Virus genome (UHGV): UHGV-0034894 | Direction: 5' to 3' (one strand) | From: a virus | DNA: 33,481 nt | Part shown: piece after piece, positions 1 to 9,525 of the stretch | How positions within the stretch are numbered: the stretch's first letter is position 1 | How the letters are laid out: the number at the start of each line of letters is the position of its first letter | Made by a program: the position numbers and the translations under genes | The notes under the pieces: generated by a model | The model's input: the letters and a program-made list of their open reading frames with translations, nothing else | Database searches by the model: none | Told to the model about the DNA's origin: nothing

Positions 1-141
1 GTAAAGAATGCGCGTATAATGCCCGCCCGGTTTGTGTTGTTTTGAGAGTTTCCTTATGGCGCTGTTAATCACTAAAAAATGCATCAATTGTGATATGTGT
101 GAAATTAAATAAAAATACATTTATTTTCATGGTGATGCAGT

Positions 142-165
142 AATGTGTTATTGAATGTGTTATTG
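142..165. repeat. Tandem 12-bp repeat AATGTGTTATTG x2 (plus partial third copy) in AT-rich non-coding DNA
   Basis: Read directly from sequence; function unknown. Confidence 0.5.
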
Positions 166-310
166 AATTTATGGTGCAAAAAAATTTTGCATACGTTCAG
201 CAACACAAAGAGCTCCCCTTTCTATAAAGGTTCATTTGAGACTCCCCCTTGACTCCCTCTTCGAAATTGAAGACCATTAACTGTACATAATTACAGTCCT
301 GGATAATATT

Positions 311-577
311 ATGCGCAGAAAAGAATCAAACGTTAGCAGTTTGCCGGAACTCACCAATTTTGAGGTAAGCTATTCCCTAGTTACCAATGAAGTTTACTTG
401 TCTGCATCCTTCACTGATAACATGGCCTGTATACCAAACTGGCCCTTACAAGAATTTCCGGATCAACTAATATGCATTTCTCGAGCAAAAGCTATTGCCC
501 TAATCGAAGAGCTCCAGAAGACCATCGACTATATGGACGCAGGAATCGATCGACAATCAGGTAGCCTGCTCCAGTAG
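311..577 (+). CDS. Hypothetical protein (88 aa) in AT-rich cargo region
   Basis: ORF only; weak RBS; no recognisable motif. Confidence 0.3.
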   Translation: MRRKESNVSSLPELTNFEVSYSLVTNEVYLSASFTDNMACIPNWPLQEFPDQLICISRAKAIALIEELQKTIDYMDAGIDRQSGSLLQ

Positions 578-710
578 CTGGCGAGTTTTATACTCGTTCC
601 CTGCAACAATGGGCTTTTGGTAAGGCACTCACAAATAAGGAATTCGTTAAGGCTTTTGTTCTGGAGACTCTGAAAGATACAAGGAATCAGTTGATGGCTG
701 GTTTGATCAT

Positions 711-751
711 ACTAATTAATATATTGTCAAACTCACAATATATTAATTAGT
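711..751. promoter_or_regulatory. Perfect 16-bp inverted repeat ACTAATTAATATATTG / CAATATATTAATTAGT with 9-bp spacer, about 130 bp upstream of the 281-aa cargo gene
   Basis: Palindrome read directly; candidate operator or AT-rich hairpin. Confidence 0.5.
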
Positions 752-878
752 GGTAGAACATAAAACCGAGTTCTTGACTTTCAATAGCTATTATATGCGA
801 TCAACAACCTTAACCATCTCCTTATATTTTATGAGATACTCAAACAATTTAAATTTATGAGCAAAGGAAAATAATAAA

Positions 879-1724
879 GTGAATAAAAATCCCTGGGATA
901 TTCCAGCATGGCACGCTCTGGGCCGAGAAGCATCTTTAGTTACACAGCTCATTGGTTCTGGGGCAACAGCCATAGGTAAAGCCAATTATGCAGACAAAAT
1001 AGGTGAATATTACACAGCATTTTTTGGGCTTTCTGTAGGTTTTGAGAGACTTGCTAAACTAATACTTGTTGCACACTATGCCATTGAACACAAAGGGAAA
1101 ATGCCTGATGAGAATATTGTAAGAAAATTTGGACATAAGCTCATTGAATTAACCAACGAGGTTGATAGTATTTCTAAAAAAATGCAACTATCTCTGAGAT
1201 ATTCACGTCCTACACATAAAATTACCTACAAAATACTTGAATGTTTAGATTCCTTTGCTGATGCCCGACGGGGACGTTACGCAAATTTCTCCTCATTAAG
1301 CAGCCCCAATTTAACCAATAATGAACCTATTAATAAATGGTGGGGAGAAGTAGCCGAGAGTATCCTTGAAAAACATTATTATTATACAGTTGAACAAAGA
1401 CGTGTTGAAGAAAATGCTAGGTTTATCAATGCCACTCTTTCACCGTATACAACGGTCATGTATATGAATGAAAGTACCAACATTATGCAAGACCTTATAT
1501 CAGCCTCCATCCGTACTGGACAAAATACCATTGTTCAAAAGTGGGGAAGATTCTATTCTCTTAGCATCGCTCGTTGGCTTGCCACAGTATTAGCAGAACT
1601 GTCTGATATAGCTTCTCATAAATATGGAATAATTAGTTTTTATGGCCTTAGTGAACATTGTTGCAGTTATATAGTTGAAGATAGTTTTTTAAAAAACAGA
1701 AAAATATGGCCACTTCGCCAATAG
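879..1724 (+). CDS. Orphan cargo protein (281 aa), function unknown; candidate accessory/defence gene
   Basis: GTG start with AAAGGA SD upstream; visibly AT-richer than phage genes; convergent with and abutting the truncated invertase; no family recognised. Confidence 0.6.
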   Translation: MNKNPWDIPAWHALGREASLVTQLIGSGATAIGKANYADKIGEYYTAFFGLSVGFERLAKLILVAHYAIEHKGKMPDENIVRKFGHKLIELTNEVDSISKKMQLSLRYSRPTHKITYKILECLDSFADARRGRYANFSSLSSPNLTNNEPINKWWGEVAESILEKHYYYTVEQRRVEENARFINATLSPYTTVMYMNESTNIMQDLISASIRTGQNTIVQKWGRFYSLSIARWLATVLAELSDIASHKYGIISFYGLSEHCCSYIVEDSFLKNRKIWPLRQ

Positions 1725-1728
1725 TTAA

Positions 1729-2043
1729 CTAGAAAATCTGCATAAGGGGGAGAAATCCCCCACCTGTAATAACATAACTACTAAAATTAACACCTTGTTC
1801 GCACAACTCCTCCACCAGCACGACAAGATGCCGCACACTGCGCCCCAGCCGATCCAGCTTCCAGACAACCAGAGTGTCACCTGCCGATAATGTCCTGAGC
1901 AGTTTTTTCAGTCCCGGCCTTTCGGACTTTGTACCGCTTATCTTGTCTTCAAAAAACAGCTCGCATCCTGCACAGTTCAGCGCATTACGTTGTAGATCTG
2001 TGTTCTGGTCATTTGTTGACACACGTACATAGCCAATAAGCAT
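1729..2043 (-). pseudogene. Truncated Gin/Hin/Pin-family serine DNA invertase (N-terminal about 90 aa only)
   Basis: MLIGYVRVSTNDQNTDLQRNAL...TLVVWKLDRLGRSV matches the invertase catalytic N-terminus; reading frame diverges after GVNF and stops; no other frame continues the invertase. Confidence 0.8.
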
Positions 2044-2097
2044 AGTGGATCCCTCTGACAAAAGCAGGAATGATGCCATTTGCTCGTTATTTCTGCA

Positions 2098-2123
2098 TTT
2101 TCATAAACGTTGGTTTGGGAGAA
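2098..2123. repeat. hix/gix-like 26-bp invertase crossover site (distal)
   Basis: TTTTCATAAACG-TT-GGTTTGGGAGAA; inner half-site plus core are the exact inverted copy of the site at 3920-3945. Confidence 0.7.
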
Positions 2124-2468
2124 GCGGCAAAACGGAATGTGGGCACAGGAGATAATCAGATACCGGATATGGGAGCATTCGCTTCTGGTTCGGGATGGTT
2201 CAGGCTACCAGGTGGATATATTGTTCAGTTTGGCACTTTTTCAGGAAACACGACCCGCTTTATCAGTGGACACTTCCCTATACCATTCCCTAATCAGCCG
2301 ATGATTTCAGTCAGTGTTATGTCTGATGCCGTTCAGTCAGACCCGTCGAATCCTGCCCCGCAGGTTTTGTCTGTAAATTTTGAACATATCAGTAATTCAG
2401 CGTGGCGTGTGGCAACCAGTGATATCTCACAGCAATACAGATTCAGTTATATTTCGATAGGACGGTAG
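2112..2468 (+). CDS. Alternative tail-fibre variable C-terminus (Sv'-like), silent in this orientation
   Basis: Starts at the crossover core in frame (GLGE...), no own start codon; inversion would fuse it in frame to the constant part of the fibre gene. Confidence 0.6.
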   Translation, partial: GLGEAAKRNVGTGDNQIPDMGAFASGSGWFRLPGGYIVQFGTFSGNTTRFISGHFPIPFPNQPMISVSVMSDAVQSDPSNPAPQVLSVNFEHISNSAWRVATSDISQQYRFSYISIGR

Positions 2469-2470
2469 AA

Positions 2471-2911
2471 ATGCAGAAATATATTTTCAGTGCCGATAAA
2501 AATGCGTTTTTCCCTGTGGAGCTTAAAATCGCTTATCAGGAATCCGGCGAATGGCCCGATGATGGAATCGAAATTGACGACACTGTTGCTGCCGAATTTA
2601 TGAAGGAAGCACCAGAAGGAAAATACAGAGGTGTCATCGACGGAATGCCTGCATGGATTGATATTCCACCGCCAACTCATGAGGAACAAATTGCCGCAGC
2701 CGAACTGAAAAAGCAGCAATTGATTAATCAGGTCAACGAATACATAAACAGTAAGCAATGGCCTGGTAAAGCGGCGATTGGTCGCCTGAAAGGTGAGGAA
2801 CTGGTGCAATATAATTTGTGGCTGGATTATCTGGACGCACTGGAACTGGTCGATACTTCCGGTGCGCCAGATATTGAATGGCCTACGCCTCCGGCAGTTC
2901 AGGCCAGATGA
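2471..2911 (+). CDS. Tail fibre assembly protein, alternative copy (U'-like)
   Basis: Tfa-like C-terminus (...[20 protein letters not shown]); sits inside the invertible segment. Confidence 0.7.
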   Translation: MQKYIFSADKNAFFPVELKIAYQESGEWPDDGIEIDDTVAAEFMKEAPEGKYRGVIDGMPAWIDIPPPTHEEQIAAAELKKQQLINQVNEYINSKQWPGKAAIGRLKGEELVQYNLWLDYLDALELVDTSGAPDIEWPTPPAVQAR

Positions 2912-3479
2912 CATCCGGCGCGGTGCTGGTATCTGTTGCCGTCACCGCGTCAATGTAATCCAGCACAGCGTTAAGCCGGGTTGTTTCTGCCTGCGTCAGT
3001 TTCCGCCCGGCTTGTAATTTCAGCTGAATCAGACTAATGGAAGCCATTGCTGCATCAATCAGTGACTGGCGCTGTGCTTCTGACGCGTCTACTGCGGCGC
3101 TATGCTGTGCCTCGGTATCCGTCACCCATTTCTCACCATCCCATTTATCGTATGGCGTTAACGGTGAAAGCGTGACATAACCATCTTTGATGGCACCGAT
3201 ATAATCCACTGTAACAGCTGCGCCATTTTCGATTGAGTAAACAGTCTCATTGCGATGGTCCTCTTCATGGCTCCATCCCTTACCTGTAAATACAGCCACT
3301 TTTCCCGGAATGTTTTCGCCAGGGTTAATTCCAGTGGAACAGGCGGGCATACTTACGCCAGTATTAATATATTCATCAGACCAGCCCGTATACTCAGATG
3401 TTTCAGCATCATAATAAAAACAACGCATATCGCCCGGCACTGTAGCCAGTCCATTTTCATCAAAAATTGGGGTCATCAT
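2883..3479 (-). CDS. Tail fibre assembly protein (U-like), expressed orientation
   Basis: Tfa-like conserved C-terminus (...[22 protein letters not shown]); directly downstream of the fibre gene. Confidence 0.75.
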   Translation of the reverse strand: MMTPIFDENGLATVPGDMRCFYYDAETSEYTGWSDEYINTGVSMPACSTGINPGENIPGKVAVFTGKGWSHEEDHRNETVYSIENGAAVTVDYIGAIKDGYVTLSPLTPYDKWDGEKWVTDTEAQHSAAVDASEAQRQSLIDAAMASISLIQLKLQAGRKLTQAETTRLNAVLDYIDAVTATDTSTAPDVIWPELPEA

Positions 3480-4288
3480 TTAGCCCTCACCAGAAAGTTA
3501 AATGCAATATTTCGCGGTCTGACGGCAACAAAATTCACACCATCACCCACAGAGTTACTGGTGAAATTAAATCGTGAAAATCCTGGCTGATTTCCGGCGA
3601 TACCATCATGAAAATTAATTGTGTGGCCCGCACCATCGCCTATATTCCCGGCAAACTGAGAAAAGTTTGTAGCTGCCTGCCAGCTTAATAATTCGCGACC
3701 ACCGTCTGCACCTCGCCCGTCATCCCAGATACGAATGAAATCACCGCGGGCTTCAGGTAATACCAGCGAAGGAAACACTTTCGCCAGCACAGGGTAATCA
3801 GAGGCAGAAAATTTCGCCCCGTTAAACTTCAAAAACACCATACCGGACCAGCTGTCGATGACAGAATTTGGCATTGCAGCGGACGGCCAGAAGAACGGAA
3901 CGCCAATAGCTGGGGCACCTTCTCCCAAACCAAGGTTTTCGAGAGCTGTTTTCACCGTGCCGTCCGATTTGATATCGCCAAACGGATTCTTGCGGCTCAG
4001 GTATTCAACAGCAAACCCCGATCCCAGCAATTCAACAAAACCGGGCAGATCACCATTATCAAGCACATCCCGTTGCGTTTTATCACTTACAAACTGGGCC
4101 AGAGCTGCAGCAATAAAGCTGGCCTGCCGAATAACCTTATTGACTTGCGCACTGGAGGCTTTCCCTGCTGTAAATCCAGATAAAAGCGCGGGCAACGCTT
4201 CCCATTCCTCCTGCGATATAACATTGGCATTTCGATCCGTTGCAAACGCTTTAAAGTCATTTTTCGCCATCAGAGTAATACTCCCCAT
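3476..4288 (-). CDS. Tail fibre protein (constant N-terminus plus variable C-terminus)
   Basis: Fibre-like motif [17 protein letters not shown]; crossover site lies inside the gene; position after baseplate genes; start uncertain. Confidence 0.75.
   Translation of the reverse strand: MGSITLMAKNDFKAFATDRNANVISQEEWEALPALLSGFTAGKASSAQVNKVIRQASFIAAALAQFVSDKTQRDVLDNGDLPGFVELLGSGFAVEYLSRKNPFGDIKSDGTVKTALENLGLGEGAPAIGVPFFWPSAAMPNSVIDSWSGMVFLKFNGAKFSASDYPVLAKVFPSLVLPEARGDFIRIWDDGRGADGGRELLSWQAATNFSQFAGNIGDGAGHTINFHDGIAGNQPGFSRFNFTSNSVGDGVNFVAVRPRNIAFNFLVRAK
3920..3945. repeat. hix/gix-like 26-bp invertase crossover site (proximal, inside the tail fibre gene)
   Basis: TTCTCCCAAACC-AA-GGTTTTCGAGAG resembles the hix consensus; encodes ...LENLGLGE... 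in the fibre. Confidence 0.7.
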
Positions 4289-4950
4289 GCTCCTACATCA
4301 AAACCACTGATGAATTCGTTATCCATATCAAAACCAAAAAATTTTGAGCCTTCCGATGGGGTTTCCACCGAAGGTGTTTCAATGCCACCCGCCCATACCC
4401 CGGCGGCTTTTACTGTGAGATACCCCTGTTTAATTGCCGCAATTAACTCACGCGATACATCTGAAATATCAGTATCAGGAAAGACCCAGACCGATATCGT
4501 CATGTCCTGGTTATCGACTATCTGCATTCGCAGCCCGGATCCTGCTGTTGCCGCGTCAAGAATTGCCGGAAGCGAATCATTCCGTCCGTCCCAGTTATTA
4601 ATCGCAATCTTCGCTTTAAGAATGACACGATAAGTTTCATCGCTGAGATACATGTATCCTGAATCAGGATCGTATGGTCCCTGCCATACCCCCTGATCAT
4701 ATCCAAGCCCGTCGGTATCCCAGCTGAAATAGACACCTGAGATAGGCTGGCTGACAACACGGCTACGTCCGATCCACAATCCAAGGATGTCAAGTTGCAC
4801 ACCAACCGCAGAGTCAATATCAAATGCACTAATCAGCCCTCTGGTGGCAGCCGCAACATCAATAAGTGGCCGGGTCATCAGATCAACATGCGCAAGAAAT
4901 TTAGGTTTGGTGGCGTGGTAGTTCGTGATTAGTTCGGTGTATTTGCTCAT
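4270..4950 (-). CDS. Tail/baseplate protein, Mu gp48 / YmfQ-like
   Basis: Position between baseplate J-like gene and tail fibre; resemblance to YmfQ-type proteins from memory. Confidence 0.55.
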   Translation of the reverse strand: MSKYTELITNYHATKPKFLAHVDLMTRPLIDVAAATRGLISAFDIDSAVGVQLDILGLWIGRSRVVSQPISGVYFSWDTDGLGYDQGVWQGPYDPDSGYMYLSDETYRVILKAKIAINNWDGRNDSLPAILDAATAGSGLRMQIVDNQDMTISVWVFPDTDISDVSRELIAAIKQGYLTVKAAGVWAGGIETPSVETPSEGSKFFGFDMDNEFISGFDVGAWGVLL

Positions 4951-6146
4951 GACTCCACCGTTATAACGATATTTTTCGGGGTACAGGACGCAGATTCGTT
5001 GTATCTGATATCAATGTTTGATGACGACAAAGCCCCCGGGGATTTCCCAATCGTCAGTTCCTGAATATCGTAATAGCGTGCATTCCCGCCACTCACCACG
5101 CCAAGATTCGCCGGTGAGTAAATGCGACTTAAAAGGACCGAATCACCAATCATCAGACTATTGATATAGTCGGAAATAGCCTGCTGGATCTGCTGCCCTA
5201 TCTGTGAGGTATAACCCGTAAAAACTTTTAATTTAATCAGGGCATAAACAGGCACATCACTGGAACGCGAGAATTTGATTACATGGGGATTGCCGTATTT
5301 ATCCGGAACCGTAACGGATGTTGTACCGTGAGTGGCTGTCCCCTGGCCTTTATTCCCTCTGATAGCCTGAGCAATATCCGTTACATCACCGCCATCCACA
5401 ATTACAGCAACAGAGTGTGGCGGTAACCCGTTACCGTCCTCCGAACCAGTATCGTTTTCATAGAGTTTGTGGCGGGTTACACCGGTAACATTAGAAACAG
5501 CACCATCCAGTGCTTCAAATGGGGTTATTGATGGCAACGCAACACTTTGCGACTGGCGGATACGTAACTCAGCGTCAGTTTCTGCCGGAGTGCCCACAGT
5601 GGCTGCAGCAGGATTGGTTACCGAAACCCAGCCACGGGTTGGCGTATTAATTTCAGTGATAGTTCCAGCCAGCGCCGCCACTGCACCACTGACGGAACAT
5701 GTTGCGGTCACCATCACTGTACCATCCACGCCTACCACCACTGAAGCAGGCAAACGCCATATCACATTATTACTGTCTTTCACGCTGCCATTAATGATGG
5801 TTGTTCCGGCAGTTCCTGTAAGAAGCAAATCAACCGTAGAGTTCGTCGCGCCTTTACGTGAAATACCATTTATTTTCACGTTACAGGTCAGTGCAGCCCC
5901 ATAGCCGGTTGCCGGTGAAAAACAGTTGTAGACAGTTATCGCAGTATTATTGGCATCATGAATCGCCAGCGCCATCAGAGCCACCATCTGGCCGTCTTTG
6001 CTGTCCGGTTCGAGGTAGGCATCACTGCCATAAATCTGCTGAAAATAGCTAATCAGGGTGCTGAGTATCGTCTGATAATCAGGCGCACTGATCCCCTCCG
6101 CGGTTACCTTTGCAGATAAACCGAGAGAATCAAGGTTCAGAGCCAT
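4947..6146 (-). CDS. Baseplate J-like protein (Mu gp47-like)
   Basis: Size and synteny; J-like sequence character. Confidence 0.65.
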   Translation of the reverse strand: MALNLDSLGLSAKVTAEGISAPDYQTILSTLISYFQQIYGSDAYLEPDSKDGQMVALMALAIHDANNTAITVYNCFSPATGYGAALTCNVKINGISRKGATNSTVDLLLTGTAGTTIINGSVKDSNNVIWRLPASVVVGVDGTVMVTATCSVSGAVAALAGTITEINTPTRGWVSVTNPAAATVGTPAETDAELRIRQSQSVALPSITPFEALDGAVSNVTGVTRHKLYENDTGSEDGNGLPPHSVAVIVDGGDVTDIAQAIRGNKGQGTATHGTTSVTVPDKYGNPHVIKFSRSSDVPVYALIKLKVFTGYTSQIGQQIQQAISDYINSLMIGDSVLLSRIYSPANLGVVSGGNARYYDIQELTIGKSPGALSSSNIDIRYNESASCTPKNIVITVES

Positions 6147-6499
6147 TACGCCTCCGATGTAACAGTCGTTATTCCATAAAGAGTGTCGATTTCAGCGGAA
6201 AACATGACACGTCGGGTCGTGGTATCCAGCGTCGTATTGAAAGAGAGGATTGATTTAACGCCCTGCGTTTCGAGGATGCGCTTACGGATCGCCAGGTTGT
6301 AGGTTTCCGGCTTCTGCTTACCGAGTACGGACTGGATCCACGGAGTCCCCTCGGTGGTGTCGAGAAACCATTGCCCATACCACAATTCGAATCGCGTTTT
6401 TACCGCCTGCGCCACGGCCTCCGGTGAGTTAATCAGCCAGGTGTCATCACCGCTGCCAAAGGTGTAATCGCCATCGGCGTCTTCACGTCTGTATCGCAT
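6146..6499 (-). CDS. Baseplate wedge protein (gp25/W-like)
   Basis: Small protein translationally coupled between spike and J genes. Confidence 0.5.
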   Translation of the reverse strand: MRYRREDADGDYTFGSGDDTWLINSPEAVAQAVKTRFELWYGQWFLDTTEGTPWIQSVLGKQKPETYNLAIRKRILETQGVKSILSFNTTLDTTTRRVMFSAEIDTLYGITTVTSEA

Positions 6500-7251
6500 C
6501 AGTTTACCCCGTCGGTACTGCTTCCACCGCGCTGAACACCACCATGAGTGTGCGTATCATCGATTGGCTTGCCGTTAGCCTTCACGCTCCCCAAAAACTC
6601 AACAGCACCAGTGATTTTTGAAGCCACACCAGAAACCACAGACCCCACCATGCCCCCCATCCAGGTTAACAGGCCATGAATGGTTACTTTCTCAGAAAAA
6701 TCAGCCAGGGGGGCAACCACATCAAGCCCCCCCGGAGCGACAATTTTAATTTTCCTGGTATCAGGATTAAGCTCAAAATAGGTGCTGCCGTCGTCACTAC
6801 GCAACTGTGTGGCACTGGTATTAATACCGCTAATCTTCCTAGCCTGCGACTGGGGACCGACAATACAAAACGCATCCGATAAATCATGCATTCTGTCATC
6901 AACCGTCTCCTGTATCCCGCCGCTCTGCCACCAGAAATCAATACAACGATCGGCAAAAACGACAAGACACTCATCCCCAGCTTTTACCGGAAAAGTCAAC
7001 GTACAGCCTCCGCCGCGCGGGAATACCACTGGCACATCCACCAGCAATGGGTAATTTTTGGTAATGCGGTTACCGTCGTTATCCTTTTCAACTGACCGGA
7101 TAGCTGGCTGCACAACCGCCGTCACCGCGTCAGGATCGAATGACTGAATAATGCCAGGCAAGGCGACACGGATCTGGTTCTTTGTTGTTTCCCGTTCAGA
7201 TTTAAATGTTTCGGCAAGATCGCCACTGCGGGTCTGGTCAGTTACTGCCAT
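6499..7251 (-). CDS. Baseplate spike/assembly protein V-like
   Basis: gpV-like N-terminal OB region and C-terminal DDTHTHGG apex motif. Confidence 0.7.
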   Translation of the reverse strand: MAVTDQTRSGDLAETFKSERETTKNQIRVALPGIIQSFDPDAVTAVVQPAIRSVEKDNDGNRITKNYPLLVDVPVVFPRGGGCTLTFPVKAGDECLVVFADRCIDFWWQSGGIQETVDDRMHDLSDAFCIVGPQSQARKISGINTSATQLRSDDGSTYFELNPDTRKIKIVAPGGLDVVAPLADFSEKVTIHGLLTWMGGMVGSVVSGVASKITGAVEFLGSVKANGKPIDDTHTHGGVQRGGSSTDGVN

Positions 7252-7264
7252 TGGTAGGCTCCAA

Positions 7265-7296
7265 AAAGCAAAAAACCCGCCGGGTGGCAGGTTTTA
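7265..7296 (-). terminator. Rho-independent terminator after the inserted two-gene cassette
   Basis: On minus strand ACCUGCC-ACCC-GGCGGGU stem-loop followed by UUUUUUGCUUUUU, 16 nt after the 170-aa gene stop. Confidence 0.55.
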
Positions 7297-7311
7297 TCTC
7301 ATGAAGAATGA

Positions 7312-7824
7312 CTATCGGTGGATAGTATTAAAGTATTCAGAAAGCTGATTATCAGTTATCAAACACAACTGCATCAAATAAATAGAGTATTTCAATAACT
7401 TTTCATCACGAACGGGGGCGGGACGTAAATACTTCCCGCCGTGAAAGAGATTATTTCTTATATACGGGATCTGCTTTAATGCTTCAGCAAGAGAATGAGG
7501 TTCGATTGGAGGTTTATCCTCCCACGAAAAATCATGCCTCTGCTGCTTCACAGGTTGCTGACATAGATACTCAACTGCCCTATCGACATTTCTATTTCCA
7601 GTAGGATATAAAGGCCGCGTATCATCAGTAGCGTAGCGGCTCCAGTCAGCACCGATTAGATAATTTCTACGATCAGTTTTTTTGAAATTAATTCTTTTTA
7701 ACGCATATTCGAAACGCGAAAAATAATTAAAAAACCTTATAACAAGAGTAATATCAATTCCGCCGAGAAGTTCCTGAAAGTCAGGGTCTTGAAATGAATT
7801 CAAAGGATCATCATCAACTGTCAC
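7312..7824 (-). CDS. Hypothetical protein (170 aa), second gene of an insertion within the baseplate operon
   Basis: AT-richer than flanking tail genes; 4-bp overlap with upstream 111-aa gene; no family recognised. Confidence 0.55.
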   Translation of the reverse strand: MTVDDDPLNSFQDPDFQELLGGIDITLVIRFFNYFSRFEYALKRINFKKTDRRNYLIGADWSRYATDDTRPLYPTGNRNVDRAVEYLCQQPVKQQRHDFSWEDKPPIEPHSLAEALKQIPYIRNNLFHGGKYLRPAPVRDEKLLKYSIYLMQLCLITDNQLSEYFNTIHR

Positions 7825-8156
7825 TTGCTGCTCACTTTTTTACACGGGAAAGATCCAATGATTTTCGGCGCGTCCATGCTGTTCTGCAGCAGCTGGACGT
7901 TCAGGAAAGCTTTTCCGTTACGTTTCACAAACTCAAAGCCGTAATTGTTACCATCACGGGAAGGCATCAGGCCCATGTCCATTTTCATGTTTGAATAGTC
8001 ACCATCTTTTCCCAGAAATTTTATCTTCTGTGATGTGACAGTTTCACCGTTAATAACAGTCATTCCGTCACCGGTCATCGTGTAGTTGCCGCACTGAATT
8101 GCAGCCATCGCCGGAGCAGTAACCATCATAACTAACGCCAAACATAACCGTTTCAT
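7821..8156 (-). CDS. Small secreted/periplasmic protein (111 aa) with Sec signal peptide
   Basis: N-terminus MKRLCLALVMMVTAPAMAA is a typical signal peptide; start overlaps stop of hub gene. Confidence 0.6.
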   Translation of the reverse strand: MKRLCLALVMMVTAPAMAAIQCGNYTMTGDGMTVINGETVTSQKIKFLGKDGDYSNMKMDMGLMPSRDGNNYGFEFVKRNGKAFLNVQLLQNSMDAPKIIGSFPCKKVSSK

Positions 8157-9220
8157 TAAAGCCCTCTTTCCCTCGCTGATGAGGAAACAAGATCCGCCGC
8201 GCCACGCGCTTCACACATCATATCCATGTACCACGCCTGGCCCCTTGTGTCGCCAGTGTACATAATCCCGCGCACAATATAAACGCCATCCGTTGCGATG
8301 CTGGCAGGCTGCGATGTGGTGCCGCTGAGCGTGATATTTCCGTCCGTGTTCTGGTCGGTGATCTGACCACCAGCCATCGCAATATCGTTGTTCGACAACG
8401 CGGTACGATAGACGGAAGCCTGATCCAGCTGAATGAGCCCGTTAACCCGGATGTTCGGATTAATAAGCGCGCGGACGTTTACGCCGTTACCGATAGTCTG
8501 CTGCGGCATTCCAATAAGCCCGGTAGCGCTGTTGAGCACAATCGCTTCGTGAACATATTCGTTATTCACCACCATCTGGCGCTGACCGTCCACGAATTGC
8601 CATGTTGCGCCACATTGTCCGGCTACGTTATCCATTAGATGCCGCGTCATGCCAAAGAGTACCCGCCCCCGGGGGAATACAGTAGCAGGCATTTCAGGCG
8701 TCAGGCCTTCGGTCGCGCCTTTGGCTTCGAAGTCTTTCATCAGCGCACGGTTCACATCAGCGACCGTGTAACCGGCAGCCAGCGTCTGTGAGGTTATACT
8801 GGTAGCAAAAGCCAGATCAGTATCTGCTGCCTGAATCAGGACGTAGGTATCAACCGGACTGTCTTTTCCTGTGACCGAGTAGCGAATTTCACCGCTGAAA
8901 ATCAGTCCGTAGTTGCGGCCATCTCTCTGGCCCACGTCCGCCGCGTCAACTTCCCGCACGGTCCCTACGTCGCTTGCTGACACCTCCGGCGCGATACCGT
9001 CGTAACCGGCAATCAGACGCACTTTCGAAAACTCCTGCCCGGTAATTCGGTTCACAGTATCTGCCGAGAGGTTATAAATTTTGATAGTCCCTACCCGGGA
9101 CGCGCTGCTGATGTTGAACCAGTCGATCGTAAAGGTGACTTTGAAATCACTTAGCTCAATTCCCTGACCGTTCCCGTCCACAAGCTGCAGCTCGAAATGT
9201 CTCATCCAGTTCTGTGACAT
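8156..9220 (-). CDS. Tail/baseplate hub protein (P2 gpD / Mu P-like)
   Basis: Size and position downstream of tape measure and small tail proteins. Confidence 0.55.
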   Translation of the reverse strand: MSQNWMRHFELQLVDGNGQGIELSDFKVTFTIDWFNISSASRVGTIKIYNLSADTVNRITGQEFSKVRLIAGYDGIAPEVSASDVGTVREVDAADVGQRDGRNYGLIFSGEIRYSVTGKDSPVDTYVLIQAADTDLAFATSITSQTLAAGYTVADVNRALMKDFEAKGATEGLTPEMPATVFPRGRVLFGMTRHLMDNVAGQCGATWQFVDGQRQMVVNNEYVHEAIVLNSATGLIGMPQQTIGNGVNVRALINPNIRVNGLIQLDQASVYRTALSNNDIAMAGGQITDQNTDGNITLSGTTSQPASIATDGVYIVRGIMYTGDTRGQAWYMDMMCEARGAADLVSSSARERGL

Positions 9221-9222
9221 GC

Positions 9223-9525
9223 TTACTCCGTTGATACCAGTAAATGGCTGCGACCGCCCAGGTCAGTTTTTGTGGGGTAATCCTGTGTGTTGTCATCACA
9301 GACCACCACCAGCTTAAAACCAAGCCCCATACAGGCGTACTGCGCCAGCAGGTCAGCACCAGTGACGAGAGGAATACCGGAGATTACCGGCTCCCCTCTG
9401 TCGTTCTGCAGGTCCATAATCCAGTACAGATCGCGCCATATGATGCTAATCCGCCAGGTGACACCACCCAGGACGATGCTGAACTGCTGGTTGTCCGCTG
9501 TCAGCGGAATTTCCTGAATTGTCAT
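9223..9525 (-). CDS. Small tail protein
   Basis: Synteny only. Confidence 0.4.
   Translation of the reverse strand: MTIQEIPLTADNQQFSIVLGGVTWRISIIWRDLYWIMDLQNDRGEPVISGIPLVTGADLLAQYACMGLGFKLVVVCDDNTQDYPTKTDLGGRSHLLVSTE

Larger units (their letters stand above)
2111..3932. other. Invertible tail-fibre segment (Mu G-segment-like), about 1.8 kb
   Basis: Bounded by inverted hix-like sites; contains two opposed tail-fibre C-terminus plus assembly-protein pairs. Confidence 0.65.

Noticed and set aside
879-1724. Cargo protein as McrA, by analogy with the e14 pin-mcrA arrangement
   Set aside because: No HNH-type Cys/His motifs and no resemblance to McrA as I recall it; only the genomic position is analogous.
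1746-1761. GGGGGA-GAAA-TCCCCC hairpin as a terminator between the convergent cargo gene and invertase fragment
   Set aside because: The stem is real, but there is no U-run on the plus strand and only a weak one on the minus strand; it may simply mark the insertion junction.
2447-2914. 155-aa minus-strand ORF inside the invertible segment
   Set aside because: Completely overlaps the plus-strand tail fibre assembly gene in antisense and has no phage-like features.
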